DNA of 64,000 nucleotides from NCBI GenBank assembly GCA_018647505.1, contig JABGSX010000006.1, forward strand, positions 245 through 64,244. Reading direction: 5' to 3'. The position numbers were made by a program, and so were the translations under genes. This document shows, piece by piece, positions 20,180 to 28,700 of this stretch (positions are counted from its first letter, which is position 1; each line of letters opens with the position of its first letter). The notes beneath the pieces are model-generated. The model saw only the letters and a list, made by a program, of their open reading frames with translations. It did not search any database and was not told the origin of the DNA. The stretch is from a bacterium. GTDB taxonomy: Bacteria; Babelota; Babeliae; Babelales; JABGSX01.

Positions 20180-20283
20180 AAATTAGCAGGGCCTACGCAA
20201 TGTGGGCCCATTTCTTTTCACCATTTTCTAAGACACTTTTTAAACTAAACAAAAAACAGTATCCTGTGGACATGTAAAATTTT

Positions 20284-21270
20284 ATGTCCAGGATGGTGAT
20301 GAGAGTAAGAACAAAAAGAAAACCATTATTTTTTGCTCTTTTAATAGCTTTAGCGATTAATGTTTCATCTATCGCATGGCTGTTTTTAACCGATCACCCA
20401 TTTAAAATTGTTCCGCTCAAAAAACCCTCTCCCAAAACCACTGTATCAAGGGCTACCTGGTTTGGTTCACCACAAAAAATCAAAGCGTTAGCTCCAAAGC
20501 CAATTCCACAAAAAGCAACTCCTCCTGTAGCACAGCAAAAAACACAAGAACAAAAAAAATACATACCCAAAGCAGAGCAAAAAAAAGAAACACCAGTAAC
20601 AGAAAACCCAAAGTTAAAGAAAAATAAAGAAAAAGTTAAAACAAAAAAATTAGAAAAAACAGTCAAAAAAGCCGAAAAGAAAAGAAAAGTTGAAAAGAAA
20701 AAAGAGACAACGCTTTACAAAAAAGGCAAAATCCCCTTAAACATCTCCGAAGTTTTAGACAAGATTGAATTTACAAGTCCCATTTTAACAGATTCAAGAT
20801 CGGAAGAACCACCGGCACCCAAGCAAAAACCTTTAACCTTTGCGGACCTTTTAAAAGGTTTTATTGAAAAGAAAACTACACAGAATAATAAAAGCACAAG
20901 GCACAATCCTTTGGCACAAAAACATCCTATGCAAGAGGCAATAAGTTATTTTGTGGACAAAAAAACAACATATATCAGAAGAATAATCATAAAAGCAAAT
21001 TCAATTCTGAATCAGGTCATGCGCAAACATCCTGAATTAATAGCAAAAATAAATCCTATTAAATATCACGAATTCACGGTAAAAATAACGTTTAATAAAA
21101 ACGCTGTAATAACGGGTTTACAAATTGCACCGTTACTACCTGAACGAGAACTTAATGAAGTTGTACAAGAGGCTATAGATGCCATGAACCATAGCGAAAT
21201 TATTTCCGACTTACAAAAAACAAATCTAACAGAAATATCTATTCCATTGGTATTCACAAGTAAAAATTGA
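20284..21270 (+). CDS. Hypothetical membrane-anchored Pro/Lys-rich protein (TonB/TolA-like architecture)
   Basis: 328 aa. N-terminal TM helix, a long P/K/E/Q-rich spacer, then a compact C-terminal domain. The call rests on architecture only, with no family motif verified. Confidence 0.45.
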   Translation: MSRMVMRVRTKRKPLFFALLIALAINVSSIAWLFLTDHPFKIVPLKKPSPKTTVSRATWFGSPQKIKALAPKPIPQKATPPVAQQKTQEQKKYIPKAEQKKETPVTENPKLKKNKEKVKTKKLEKTVKKAEKKRKVEKKKETTLYKKGKIPLNISEVLDKIEFTSPILTDSRSEEPPAPKQKPLTFADLLKGFIEKKTTQNNKSTRHNPLAQKHPMQEAISYFVDKKTTYIRRIIIKANSILNQVMRKHPELIAKINPIKYHEFTVKITFNKNAVITGLQIAPLLPERELNEVVQEAIDAMNHSEIISDLQKTNLTEISIPLVFTSKN

Positions 21271-21338
21271 AACTGGACAGATTCAACAATCTTCCTATAA
21301 AATAACCCAGTCAATATGCAAACAAATTAAGGAAGTGT

Positions 21339-22652
21339 ATGGAAAAAATTGTCATAATAGGCGCAGGCCTTACCGGACTGTCAGCAGCATACCACCTCGA
21401 AAAACAGGGTTTCTACAATTACAAAATATTTGAAAAAGAATCAGAACCAGGAGGGCTTTGCAGGTCAATACACCAAGATGGATTCACATTTGATTACACT
21501 GGGCATCTTTTGCACATTGGTGATCAATATTTTAGAAGCCTAATTCAATCTGTTGTAGGCACAAAAAATTTTAATCTTATCAAACGCAAATCATTTATTT
21601 TTTCGCATGATACTTATACACACTACCCTTTCCAGGTTAATCTTCGCGGCCTACCTACCAACATTATTTCCGATTGCATTGAAGGCTTTATTAACAAAAA
21701 AAACTACAAGCACCCCCTTTCAAAAACAATATTTTACTACTGGGCTCTTAAACACTTTGGCCGCGGTATGGCAAAACACTTTTTCTTTCCATATCAGAAA
21801 AAAATATTTTGTTATGACTTAAAAAAACTATCCACCTCTTGGATGGGAAGATTTGTTCCAAAAACATCTCTTGACCAAATCATAGAAGGAATCACACAAG
21901 ATCCAGAAGAAAAAAATATCGGATATAACTCTCAGTTTTATTATCCAAAAAAAGACGGCATAAACTACTGGGTACAAAAATTTGCAGAAACACTTAAAAA
22001 CCCAATTCATATCAGTCACCATGTAAAATATGTCGACCTTAAAAACAAAGCTGTTATTTTTTCAAACGGAACAACGGAAAATTTTACAAAACTTATTACT
22101 ACCATGCCATTAAACATACTACTACGCTCACTAAAGGAGCCTTCAAACTCATTTTTAAAAAGCAAACATCACAAGCTTTTGTGTAACTCAGTGTTAAACT
22201 TTAACCTTGGAATAGATCGGCCAAATATATCTGACATGCACTGGGCATATTTTCCAGAAAAAAAATACCCTTTTTACCGCATGGGCTTCTATCATAATTT
22301 TTCAAACTCTTTAGTACCAAAAAATCACAGTTCCCTATATGGTGAAATTTCTTACCGAAGCGCCTCAGCACAAAAAAAGGAAAACTTGATACTTAATGGG
22401 AAAAATGCTGCCAAAAACATTCTCAATTTTTCTGATAAAAATATTGCGACAGAGAAAATATTGGATATAAAACCAGCATACGTAATTTATGATCGATGGC
22501 GTGACAAAAATTTGAGCAAAATACACAGGCGACTTAATGAAGATTCCGTTCATTCTATTGGTAGATACGGCGAATGGAAATACTCAAGCATGCAAGAAGC
22601 TATTTTGGATGGTAAACAAACAGTTGAAAAAATTTTACCTAGGAAAAATTGA
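21339..22652 (+). CDS. FAD-dependent oxidoreductase, UDP-galactopyranose-mutase/amine-oxidase-like
   Basis: 437 aa. N-terminal dinucleotide-binding IVIIGAGLTGLSAAYHL...EKE..PGG, C-terminal GRYGEWKY block reminiscent of Glf-type enzymes. Confidence 0.65.
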   Translation: MEKIVIIGAGLTGLSAAYHLEKQGFYNYKIFEKESEPGGLCRSIHQDGFTFDYTGHLLHIGDQYFRSLIQSVVGTKNFNLIKRKSFIFSHDTYTHYPFQVNLRGLPTNIISDCIEGFINKKNYKHPLSKTIFYYWALKHFGRGMAKHFFFPYQKKIFCYDLKKLSTSWMGRFVPKTSLDQIIEGITQDPEEKNIGYNSQFYYPKKDGINYWVQKFAETLKNPIHISHHVKYVDLKNKAVIFSNGTTENFTKLITTMPLNILLRSLKEPSNSFLKSKHHKLLCNSVLNFNLGIDRPNISDMHWAYFPEKKYPFYRMGFYHNFSNSLVPKNHSSLYGEISYRSASAQKKENLILNGKNAAKNILNFSDKNIATEKILDIKPAYVIYDRWRDKNLSKIHRRLNEDSVHSIGRYGEWKYSSMQEAILDGKQTVEKILPRKN

Positions 22653-23566
22653 AAATGATCGCTTCAGAATTTTATAAAAATATTATCGTGTTGGTGACTG
22701 GGGGTGCAGGATTTATCGGATCACATATCGTAGAAGACCTTGTAGATCTTGGAGCCAAAGTTAGAGTCATTGACAACCTATCTTCTGGATTCTCTCAAAA
22801 CCTTGAACACATAAAAAACAAAATCGAATTTATAGTTGGAGATATAACAGACGCCAAAACAGTTTTACAAGTTACAAAAGATTGCAAAGTCATATTCCAC
22901 TTAGCAGCCTTTGTTTCAGCTCCAGACTCTGTTAACAAACCACACGAATGCTACAGCACAAACATAGAAGGTACAAAAAATTTATTGGCCGCGGCAGCAA
23001 AAAATAACGTTGAGCGATTTGTTTTTTCATCTTCGTCGGCAGTATACGGAACAAAAGATCAACCATGTACAGAAAGCATGCCCTGCCAACCAGAAAGCCC
23101 TTATGGATTTTCAAAATTTATGGGAGAGCTATGGTGTAAAGAATACTCCCAAACATTTGGTTTAAAAACAGTTTGTTTAAGATATTTTAACGTCCACGGA
23201 TCTAGACAAAATCCAGAAGGTGGCTACGCTGCCGTTGTAGCAAAATTCAAAAGCTTGATGGCACAAAATAAACCTGTCACCATTTTTGGCGATGGAAAAC
23301 AAACACGCGACTACATACCGGTTGAAAGTGTTGCTAACGCAAATGTAACCCTTGCAATGATGCCCAAACATTTGATGGCAGGAGACACCTATAATATCGG
23401 AACTGGTAAATCTATTGACTTGATTGAACTTGTTGGGCTTTTGAAAAAAGATTTTCCGAAATACACCGCGCAAATTAATTTTGAACCAGCACGGCAAGGA
23501 GATATTAAAAATTCGTCTGCCGACATTTCAAAATACAACGGAGCACTCGAATTGCTTAATAAATAA
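22649..23566 (+). CDS. NAD-dependent sugar epimerase/dehydratase (SDR family)
   Basis: 305 aa. VTGGAGFIGSH Rossmann motif and the YxxxK catalytic pair (YGFSK). 4-nt overlap with the upstream gene. Confidence 0.9.
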   Translation: MKMIASEFYKNIIVLVTGGAGFIGSHIVEDLVDLGAKVRVIDNLSSGFSQNLEHIKNKIEFIVGDITDAKTVLQVTKDCKVIFHLAAFVSAPDSVNKPHECYSTNIEGTKNLLAAAAKNNVERFVFSSSSAVYGTKDQPCTESMPCQPESPYGFSKFMGELWCKEYSQTFGLKTVCLRYFNVHGSRQNPEGGYAAVVAKFKSLMAQNKPVTIFGDGKQTRDYIPVESVANANVTLAMMPKHLMAGDTYNIGTGKSIDLIELVGLLKKDFPKYTAQINFEPARQGDIKNSSADISKYNGALELLNK

Positions 23567-23580
23567 GAACAATATAACAA

Positions 23581-23860
23581 TGCCCGCTCGAATCCATTCG
23601 ATGCGTCCTACGGACTTACTCAGGACGAACGGAATTCATACGCTTATAAACTACGTGTAGACACTGGAAATACAAAGATAAAAATCAAAATTGGGATGTA
23701 AACGAACACAAAATAAAATTAATTTGCACCGCTTGAAAACACCCACTCGACTCGGTTTTCAACCTCGCTCAGGGCAAACGGCCATGATAATTTATTTTAG
23801 TAAAAAGTTAGTCCCCCGTTCATACTAAGCGAAATGAGCAACGCAAATTAGGGCATCTAT
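23581..23860. repeat. Cluster of three degenerate G+C-rich REP-like fragments in an AT-rich intergenic region
   Basis: CTCAGGACGAACGG (23619-23632) and CTCAGGGCAAACGG (23770-23783) match at 12 of 14 positions. An inverted, degraded version CCGTTCATACTAAGCGAAATGAG lies at 23816-23838. Local hairpin CGTCCT (23604-23609) / AGGACG (23622-23627). Confidence 0.4.
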
Positions 23861-23935
23861 CCCAAAAAAGTCTTTTATGCTATACTTTTTTTATAAAAAA
23901 TCAGTTATATAAAATAAAAAGAAATTAGAAAAGCC

Positions 23936-25081
23936 ATGAGTAAAAAAGATTATTATGAAACTCTAGGGGTAACAAAAAGTGCCTCTCAAACAGAAATAAA
24001 AGCAGCCTACCGAAAATTGGCTCTTAAACATCATCCAGACAGAAATCCAAACAATAAAGAATCAGAATCCAAATTCAAAGAAGCCGCATCGGCATACGAA
24101 GTTCTATCCAGTCCAGAAAAAAGAAAACAATACGATCAATTTGGTCACGAAGGTTTCCCCAATATGGGTGGCGGTGGAAACTCATGGGGCCAAGACGGCA
24201 TGAGTATGGATGACATTTTTTCAAATTTTTCTGACATTTTTGAAGGATTCTTTGGAGATTCATTCGGCGGAAAAAGACAACATAAAAGCGTAGGACCAAC
24301 ACCCGCAAGAGGGCACGATTTAGCTAAAGAAGTTAAAGTAACACTTAAAGAATCATTCTTAGGTGTAAAAAAAGATGTTGATTTTTACCACTTTGTTCCA
24401 TGCGAAAATTGTAATGGAAAAGGGGTAAAAGCCGGCACATCTGTTTCTAAGTGCTCAGCATGTCAAGGCCATGGTCAAATTCAATATCGCCAAGGTTTTT
24501 TCTCGTACAGCCAAACGTGTGGAAGCTGCACAGGCCAAGGTTACACAATTCCAAATCCGTGTCCAGGCTGCTCCGGACAATCCCGCATACAAAAATATGA
24601 CAAGTTTAAAGTAACAATTCCTGCTGGTATTTTTGATGGCGCAGAATTGCGAATTACCGGAAAAGGTGACGCTGGCATTTATGGTGGATCAGCTGGCAAT
24701 TTGTATCTGCGTGTTAACGTCGAAGAAGATAAAAAATTCAAACGTATCGACAATGATCTTGTCTGCACTGTTATGCTAACATACCCACAATTAGTTCTTG
24801 GCTGCCAAATAGAAATTGAAAATATCGATGAAACAAAAGAAACTGTTAAAATTCCAAAGGGCTGCCCTTCTGGAGAAAAAATTACAATTAAATCAAAAGG
24901 CTTTTCGTCACTAAAAGGTAGCAGCCGAGGAAACTTAATTATTAAGACAAAATGTCACATTCCTAAAAAACTACCAACCGAAACAAAACAACTTTTAAAA
25001 GATTATTCTGAAAAAATTGGAACCGACACAACGGATTCTGATTCCAGTATTACAGGATTTTTTAAAAAATTTTTAGGTTGA
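23936..25081 (+). CDS. dnaJ: Molecular chaperone DnaJ
   Basis: 381 aa. J-domain HPD (KHHPDRN), G/F-rich region, four CxxCxGxG zinc repeats. Confidence 0.97.
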   Translation: MSKKDYYETLGVTKSASQTEIKAAYRKLALKHHPDRNPNNKESESKFKEAASAYEVLSSPEKRKQYDQFGHEGFPNMGGGGNSWGQDGMSMDDIFSNFSDIFEGFFGDSFGGKRQHKSVGPTPARGHDLAKEVKVTLKESFLGVKKDVDFYHFVPCENCNGKGVKAGTSVSKCSACQGHGQIQYRQGFFSYSQTCGSCTGQGYTIPNPCPGCSGQSRIQKYDKFKVTIPAGIFDGAELRITGKGDAGIYGGSAGNLYLRVNVEEDKKFKRIDNDLVCTVMLTYPQLVLGCQIEIENIDETKETVKIPKGCPSGEKITIKSKGFSSLKGSSRGNLIIKTKCHIPKKLPTETKQLLKDYSEKIGTDTTDSDSSITGFFKKFLG

Positions 25082-25615
25082 CGGTCTAAGTCTGAAAATT
25101 GTTCTGGCTATTTCATTGTCTAGAAATTTTATCTGTCCATCTTTGTCAACAATAACAGCAGAGCACCCTACCGGTCCATCCAAAGACCCTTCCGGGTCTC
25201 TCGCTTCAACAACAGCACAAAATTCATTGTAAGGTTCCCAAACGGCCGTGCGTTCAATCCCGCTCAACCACAACCATGCTCCTCCACGCAAGCGTTTCTG
25301 CAACTCAATTCCAGCCGCCATCATAACTCGGCCACTTGTAAAAATTTGGTTTCCCTCACCCATAAAAGAGACATCAAACGATTCCAAATATCTTGCCCGA
25401 GCCTGGTCAAACAATCTTTTTAATTTAACAGAATATGAAGCAACCAAAATTGGAACAACGGCTACATCCCCACCCTCTTTTACTTCATCATCCTTTTCTT
25501 CTTCGCGATAGTCTTCGGCCCTAGAATCACAACACCAATTCCAACAGCACGCGGCACTCATATATCCACGACCTAAAAAGAAAACGATACTTATAAATAA
25601 AAATATTTTTTTCAT
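25073..25615 (-). CDS. Small secreted/lipo-protein, island member 13 (paralog group A)
   Basis: 180 aa. [37 protein letters not shown]. Overlaps the dnaJ 3' end by 9 nt (convergent). By-eye similarity to 25627-26121. Confidence 0.7.
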   Translation of the reverse strand: MKKIFLFISIVFFLGRGYMSAACCWNWCCDSRAEDYREEEKDDEVKEGGDVAVVPILVASYSVKLKRLFDQARARYLESFDVSFMGEGNQIFTSGRVMMAAGIELQKRLRGGAWLWLSGIERTAVWEPYNEFCAVVEARDPEGSLDGPVGCSAVIVDKDGQIKFLDNEIARTIFRLRPST

Positions 25616-25626
25616 TTTTAACCCCT

Positions 25627-26121
25627 CTAAACTGCAAATTTAAAAAGCGCATCCCCTTGTTCCGCCGACAAAATTTTTGCAGTAGACCTACCTACATAAA
25701 CATATCCATATGAAGCTGTATCCGCACCATCCAGTTCTTCTACGCATCTTACACTAGCTACAACAACATTTCCTCCTGCAATCTCCTTTGTTACATCAAT
25801 TTCATCTGTAAGCAAGGCCCATTGTCCACCTTTTTGCCGCTCAACCCGCATAGCAGCTTGAACCATTTCCCTCGCTAAATCAGTGCGGTCTTTTTTTCTA
25901 TTTTGAAAATATTTTACTCTTGCTTTTTCAAGCTCCTTCTCCAAAGAAAGGTCTCTTGCTTGAGGCATTTCAACTTCTTCTTGCCTAGAATCACTTGAAA
26001 AGCCCAAAAGCTTTTTTAAGCAATCACACCCCAAACTACTTGTAGTTATTCCGAGTAAGGATAAAAGTAATAAAATTTTGTTATTTTTTTTAATAAAACA
26101 ATACATCTTCATTAAAACCAT
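25627..26121 (-). CDS. Small secreted/lipo-protein, island member 12 (paralog group A)
   Basis: The ORF-track start at 26130 is TTG. In-frame ATGs lie at 26121, 26112 and 26106. Signal sequence ...KILLLLSLLGITTSSLGCDC. The C-terminal half aligns by eye with member 13. Confidence 0.65.
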   Translation of the reverse strand: MVLMKMYCFIKKNNKILLLLSLLGITTSSLGCDCLKKLLGFSSDSRQEEVEMPQARDLSLEKELEKARVKYFQNRKKDRTDLAREMVQAAMRVERQKGGQWALLTDEIDVTKEIAGGNVVVASVRCVEELDGADTASYGYVYVGRSTAKILSAEQGDALFKFAV

Positions 26122-26126
26122 CAAAA

Positions 26127-26681
26127 TCAATATTCTGACCCTTTAAAACAACGAGTAATAAACCCAACCTTGTCAGAATACGAAATTTGCACATCACATC
26201 CATCTCCAGCCACAATGCTCAATTGTCCACGACAACCATCTCCAGGAAACGAAACAAATATTGAAAACTTTTCTAAAACAGGAAGCGTCGTTAGCCTTAC
26301 TCTCTTTATATTCATAGCAATAACAGATTCCGCAAATTTACAAATCTCGTGTGTATCCGAAGCTTTCATTTTTGCAAAATAGGCCCAGATAATATCCCAA
26401 CACGCACGACAAAAATTTCTCTCCACATTGGCTTCAACAACACCGCCCTCGGAATAAAAACTCTCGCTAGAAAAAACTGTTCTTAAAAAATCTCCAATCC
26501 CCCTTGGACCATGACCTTCTAATATTTTGGCTGCCGTGCCAGCCCGCCAAACACTACCAACGGTCACAATACTTTGGGCAAGACTCTTTAACTCTATAAC
26601 CTCTGCACTTGCGCAACACAAAATGGAAGGAAAAATTAATAATATTATCCACAACCATTTAACTCCCCAAACTTTATACAT
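26127..26681 (-). CDS. Small secreted protein, island member 11 (possible group A relative)
   Basis: Start set at ATG 26681 (SD AAGGGGGA). MYKVWGVKWLWIILLIFPSILCCASAEV. Confidence 0.65.
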   Translation of the reverse strand: MYKVWGVKWLWIILLIFPSILCCASAEVIELKSLAQSIVTVGSVWRAGTAAKILEGHGPRGIGDFLRTVFSSESFYSEGGVVEANVERNFCRACWDIIWAYFAKMKASDTHEICKFAESVIAMNIKRVRLTTLPVLEKFSIFVSFPGDGCRGQLSIVAGDGCDVQISYSDKVGFITRCFKGSEY

Positions 26682-26700
26682 TTTAAACAAGTCCCCCTTT

Positions 26701-27153
26701 TTAAGTATCAGGCTCCAAACCAAAAGACCAAGGGCCTAACAGATCTTCATCACTACTACCCAAACTCTCTAAGTATTCCTCCCAAGGAAACTTTTCCCTT
26801 TCAGGTTTTGGCCTCCAAGTTTTAACAGTTTTCAACTTTACAGGCACAACTCTTTTAGCCTCTTCTTTTTTTCTCTTTGCAGAAGAATATGAATCTCCAG
26901 CTCGTTCTAAAAAACCTGTATATCCACCATTTTCCAGAAAAGCATCCACACTCGCAATTTGCATTCTTAAAGCTGTCATATTTCTTTGTAACTGCATGAT
27001 TACCGCACGCCCAGCGTTTTGCAACCTTCTAGAACGCGCTGATTCATGCCTAGAAAGTACAGCACCACGGCTTCTGTATGCCCCAAATTGTGAAGAAGAA
27101 ACAAGATAAGTTGAAAAAGAAAAAAGCAAAATCACTATTAAAAAATTTTTCAC
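26701..27153 (-). CDS. Small secreted Arg-rich protein, island member 10
   Basis: 150 aa. GTG start with SD AGGGAG. MKNFLIVILLFSFSTYLVSS. First gene of a tightly packed four-gene unit. Confidence 0.65.
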   Translation of the reverse strand: MKNFLIVILLFSFSTYLVSSSQFGAYRSRGAVLSRHESARSRRLQNAGRAVIMQLQRNMTALRMQIASVDAFLENGGYTGFLERAGDSYSSAKRKKEEAKRVVPVKLKTVKTWRPKPEREKFPWEEYLESLGSSDEDLLGPWSFGLEPDT

Positions 27154-27245
27154 GATTCGCTCCCTTTAAAAAGGATTTTTCTTTATGATTGGTATAGCAT
27201 ATAGGAAAAAAATTGGAGATGGTATACTTTTTGAAAAAATTCTTA

Positions 27246-27277
27246 ATAAAAAGCAGCCCCCAAAAAACAAGGGCTGC
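27246..27277 (-). terminator. Hairpin terminator after island member 9
   Basis: GCAGCCC (27253-27259) pairs with GGGCTGC (27271-27277). On the minus strand the hairpin is followed by a T-run. Confidence 0.7.
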
Positions 27278-27306
27278 AAAGTTTAACTTTTTATATGTTT
27301 TTATAT

Positions 27307-27615
27307 TTAGATTCTGGTTAGATCTTTCCTGGAAGAAGGACCAGTATCTGTGGCGCCTGTAACACCACCGGTATGAACACCACCAGAACCACCTTTAAAA
27401 CGACGGAACGACATCAAAGCTTCAAAAGCTCTTGCAGCAAGACCTTTCCCCGGCACTAAAGCTCTTCCTGTTGGTACGTAAGCCTTGCCACCACGATCTG
27501 TTTTTATCTCAGCCCCTTTTCCTGCGCACGCACCCAAAAAACACGTTTCTTTATCACCCGCACTTGCCTGAAAAACATAGGCTAAGATAACAGCTGTTAT
27601 CAAAATTCGTTTCAC
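27307..27615 (-). CDS. Small secreted Gly-rich protein, island member 9 (conserved-signal-peptide group B)
   Basis: 102 aa. GTG start with SD GAAGGA. MKRILITAVILAYVFQASA. Confidence 0.7.
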   Translation of the reverse strand: MKRILITAVILAYVFQASAGDKETCFLGACAGKGAEIKTDRGGKAYVPTGRALVPGKGLAARAFEALMSFRRFKGGSGGVHTGGVTGATDTGPSSRKDLTRI

Positions 27616-27725
27616 GTTTTATCCTTCGTAAAATATTTTTAATATAATAGCTTAATGAACACTTAAAAAGGCGACCGCATTTTACAAAGCGGTCGCCTTT
27701 TTACTTATTAAATTTTTATATTTTC
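27616..27725 (-). repeat. Intergenic module copy 1 (3' flank, terminator, leader)
   Basis: Shares AATTTAATAAGT, the GGCGACCGC/GCGGTCGCC hairpin and the TAAGC..ATTA leader with 28122-28276 and 28544-28700. Shorter than the other two copies. Confidence 0.8.
27665..27702 (-). terminator. Hairpin terminator (module copy 1)
   Basis: GGCGACCGC (27670-27678) pairs with GCGGTCGCC (27689-27697), flanked by A and T runs. Confidence 0.85.
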
Positions 27726-28121
27726 CTAATCGCCAGTACCGCCACGAGACTCACCCAAAGCACCTCCTAGTCTGCTTCTGAATTCATCTAATACACCAAG
27801 ACTTTCACCATGTTCGGCAACGGTTCTAGCAAGACCTTCGACAGTTTCTTTTGTTGCGAAAGGGACAAGATCACCTCTTTTTGCACACTCTGCAAGGTCA
27901 CCGTGGACTACCCTATCTCTTTCTAGCTCCACAACTCTTTCTTGAAGTCTCGTAACCAATCCATGAGCTTTTACACCTAAATACGCAGCTCCGACTACTA
28001 ACAGAGCCCCACCAGTTACCTGCGCAGCTCTTCTTCCTGAAATCCTCGGTAAGCGACGTTCAGCTGCACTTGCTTGTGCCACACATGCCAAAAAAATAGC
28101 GGCTATCAAAATTCGTTTCAT
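27726..28121 (-). CDS. Small secreted/membrane-anchored protein, island member 8 (group B)
   Basis: 131 aa. MKRILIAAIFLACVAQASA, then the Gly/Ala-rich hydrophobic helix VTGGALLVVGAAYLGV, then an Arg/Glu/Leu/His-rich tail. SD AAAGG. Confidence 0.75.
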   Translation of the reverse strand: MKRILIAAIFLACVAQASAAERRLPRISGRRAAQVTGGALLVVGAAYLGVKAHGLVTRLQERVVELERDRVVHGDLAECAKRGDLVPFATKETVEGLARTVAEHGESLGVLDEFRSRLGGALGESRGGTGD

Positions 28122-28276
28122 GTATTACCTTTCGTGAAAACTTAGTAATGTTAAAAATGTTTAATACAATGGCTTAACTTTATAGCACATGAACACTTGG
28201 TTGTAAACAAAAAAAGCAACTACCACATAAAACAATAATCGCTTTTTTACTTATTAAATTCTTATATTTTCTATGC
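28122..28276 (-). repeat. Intergenic module copy 2 (3' flank, decayed terminator, promoter, leader)
   Basis: Aligns by eye along nearly its full length with 28544-28700, except that the hairpin arms have decayed. Confidence 0.85.
28179..28207 (-). promoter_or_regulatory. sigma70-type promoter of island member 8
   Basis: Minus strand: TTTACA (28207-28202), 17-nt spacer, TATAAA (28184-28179). The same arrangement is conserved at 28601-28629. Confidence 0.55.
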
Positions 28277-28543
28277 CTACCAATCCAAGCGCTCTTCGAC
28301 GACTCTTATTGTTGCTAACCTTGTCTCACGTTCACGCGCAAGCTCTTCTTCGGTCTTGGCATCAGTATCTACAGCAACCTCTATAGAAGGCCCACCTAGT
28401 TCACGACTTAGTTTGCTAACAGCTTCTTTTTTTGCACAGGCAGCACATTTTACACACACCTTACACTTATGCCGTTTTCCGTCACTTGCGCTTGCTTGTG
28501 CCACACATGCCAAAAGAATAGCCACTATAAAAATTCTTCTCAT
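28277..28543 (-). CDS. Small secreted Cys-motif/acidic protein, island member 7 (group B)
   Basis: 88 aa. MRRIFIVAILLACVAQASA, then HKCKVCVKCAACAKK (CxxCxxCxxC), then a Glu/Arg-rich tail. Confidence 0.7.
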   Translation of the reverse strand: MRRIFIVAILLACVAQASASDGKRHKCKVCVKCAACAKKEAVSKLSRELGGPSIEVAVDTDAKTEEELARERETRLATIRVVEERLDW

Positions 28544-28600
28544 TTGTTAACTTTCGCCAAAACCTTATAATTTAAAAAATGCTTAATACAACGGCTTAAT

Positions 28601-28629
28601 TTTATAGCACATGAACATTTGGTTGTAAA
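28601..28629 (-). promoter_or_regulatory. sigma70-type promoter of island member 7
   Basis: Minus strand: TTTACA (28629-28624), 17-nt spacer, TATAAA (28606-28601). Starts directly after the terminator T-run. Confidence 0.55.
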
Positions 28630-28630
28630 C

Positions 28631-28670
28631 AAAAAAGGCGACCGCCTTTTGCAAAGCGGTCGCCTTTTTT
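28631..28670 (-). terminator. Hairpin terminator (module copy 3)
   Basis: GGCGACCGC (28637-28645) pairs with GCGGTCGCC (28656-28664), flanked by A and T runs. Confidence 0.85.
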
Positions 28671-28700
28671 ACTTATTATTTTCTTTAAAAAGAACTTTTA

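Larger units (their letters stand above)
28544..28700 (-). repeat. Intergenic module copy 3 (3' flank, terminator, promoter, leader)
   Basis: See module copies 1 and 2. Hairpin is intact. Confidence 0.85.

Noticed and set aside
23581-23935. tmRNA, RNase P RNA or a CIRCE (HrcA) operator upstream of dnaJ
   Set aside because: The TGGATTCGAG on the minus strand only superficially resembles a tmRNA 5' end, and any tmRNA there would run into the epimerase CDS. There is no tRNA-like 3' end, no RNase P GAGGAAAGUCC core, and no TTAGCACTC-N9-GAGTGCTAA inverted repeat.
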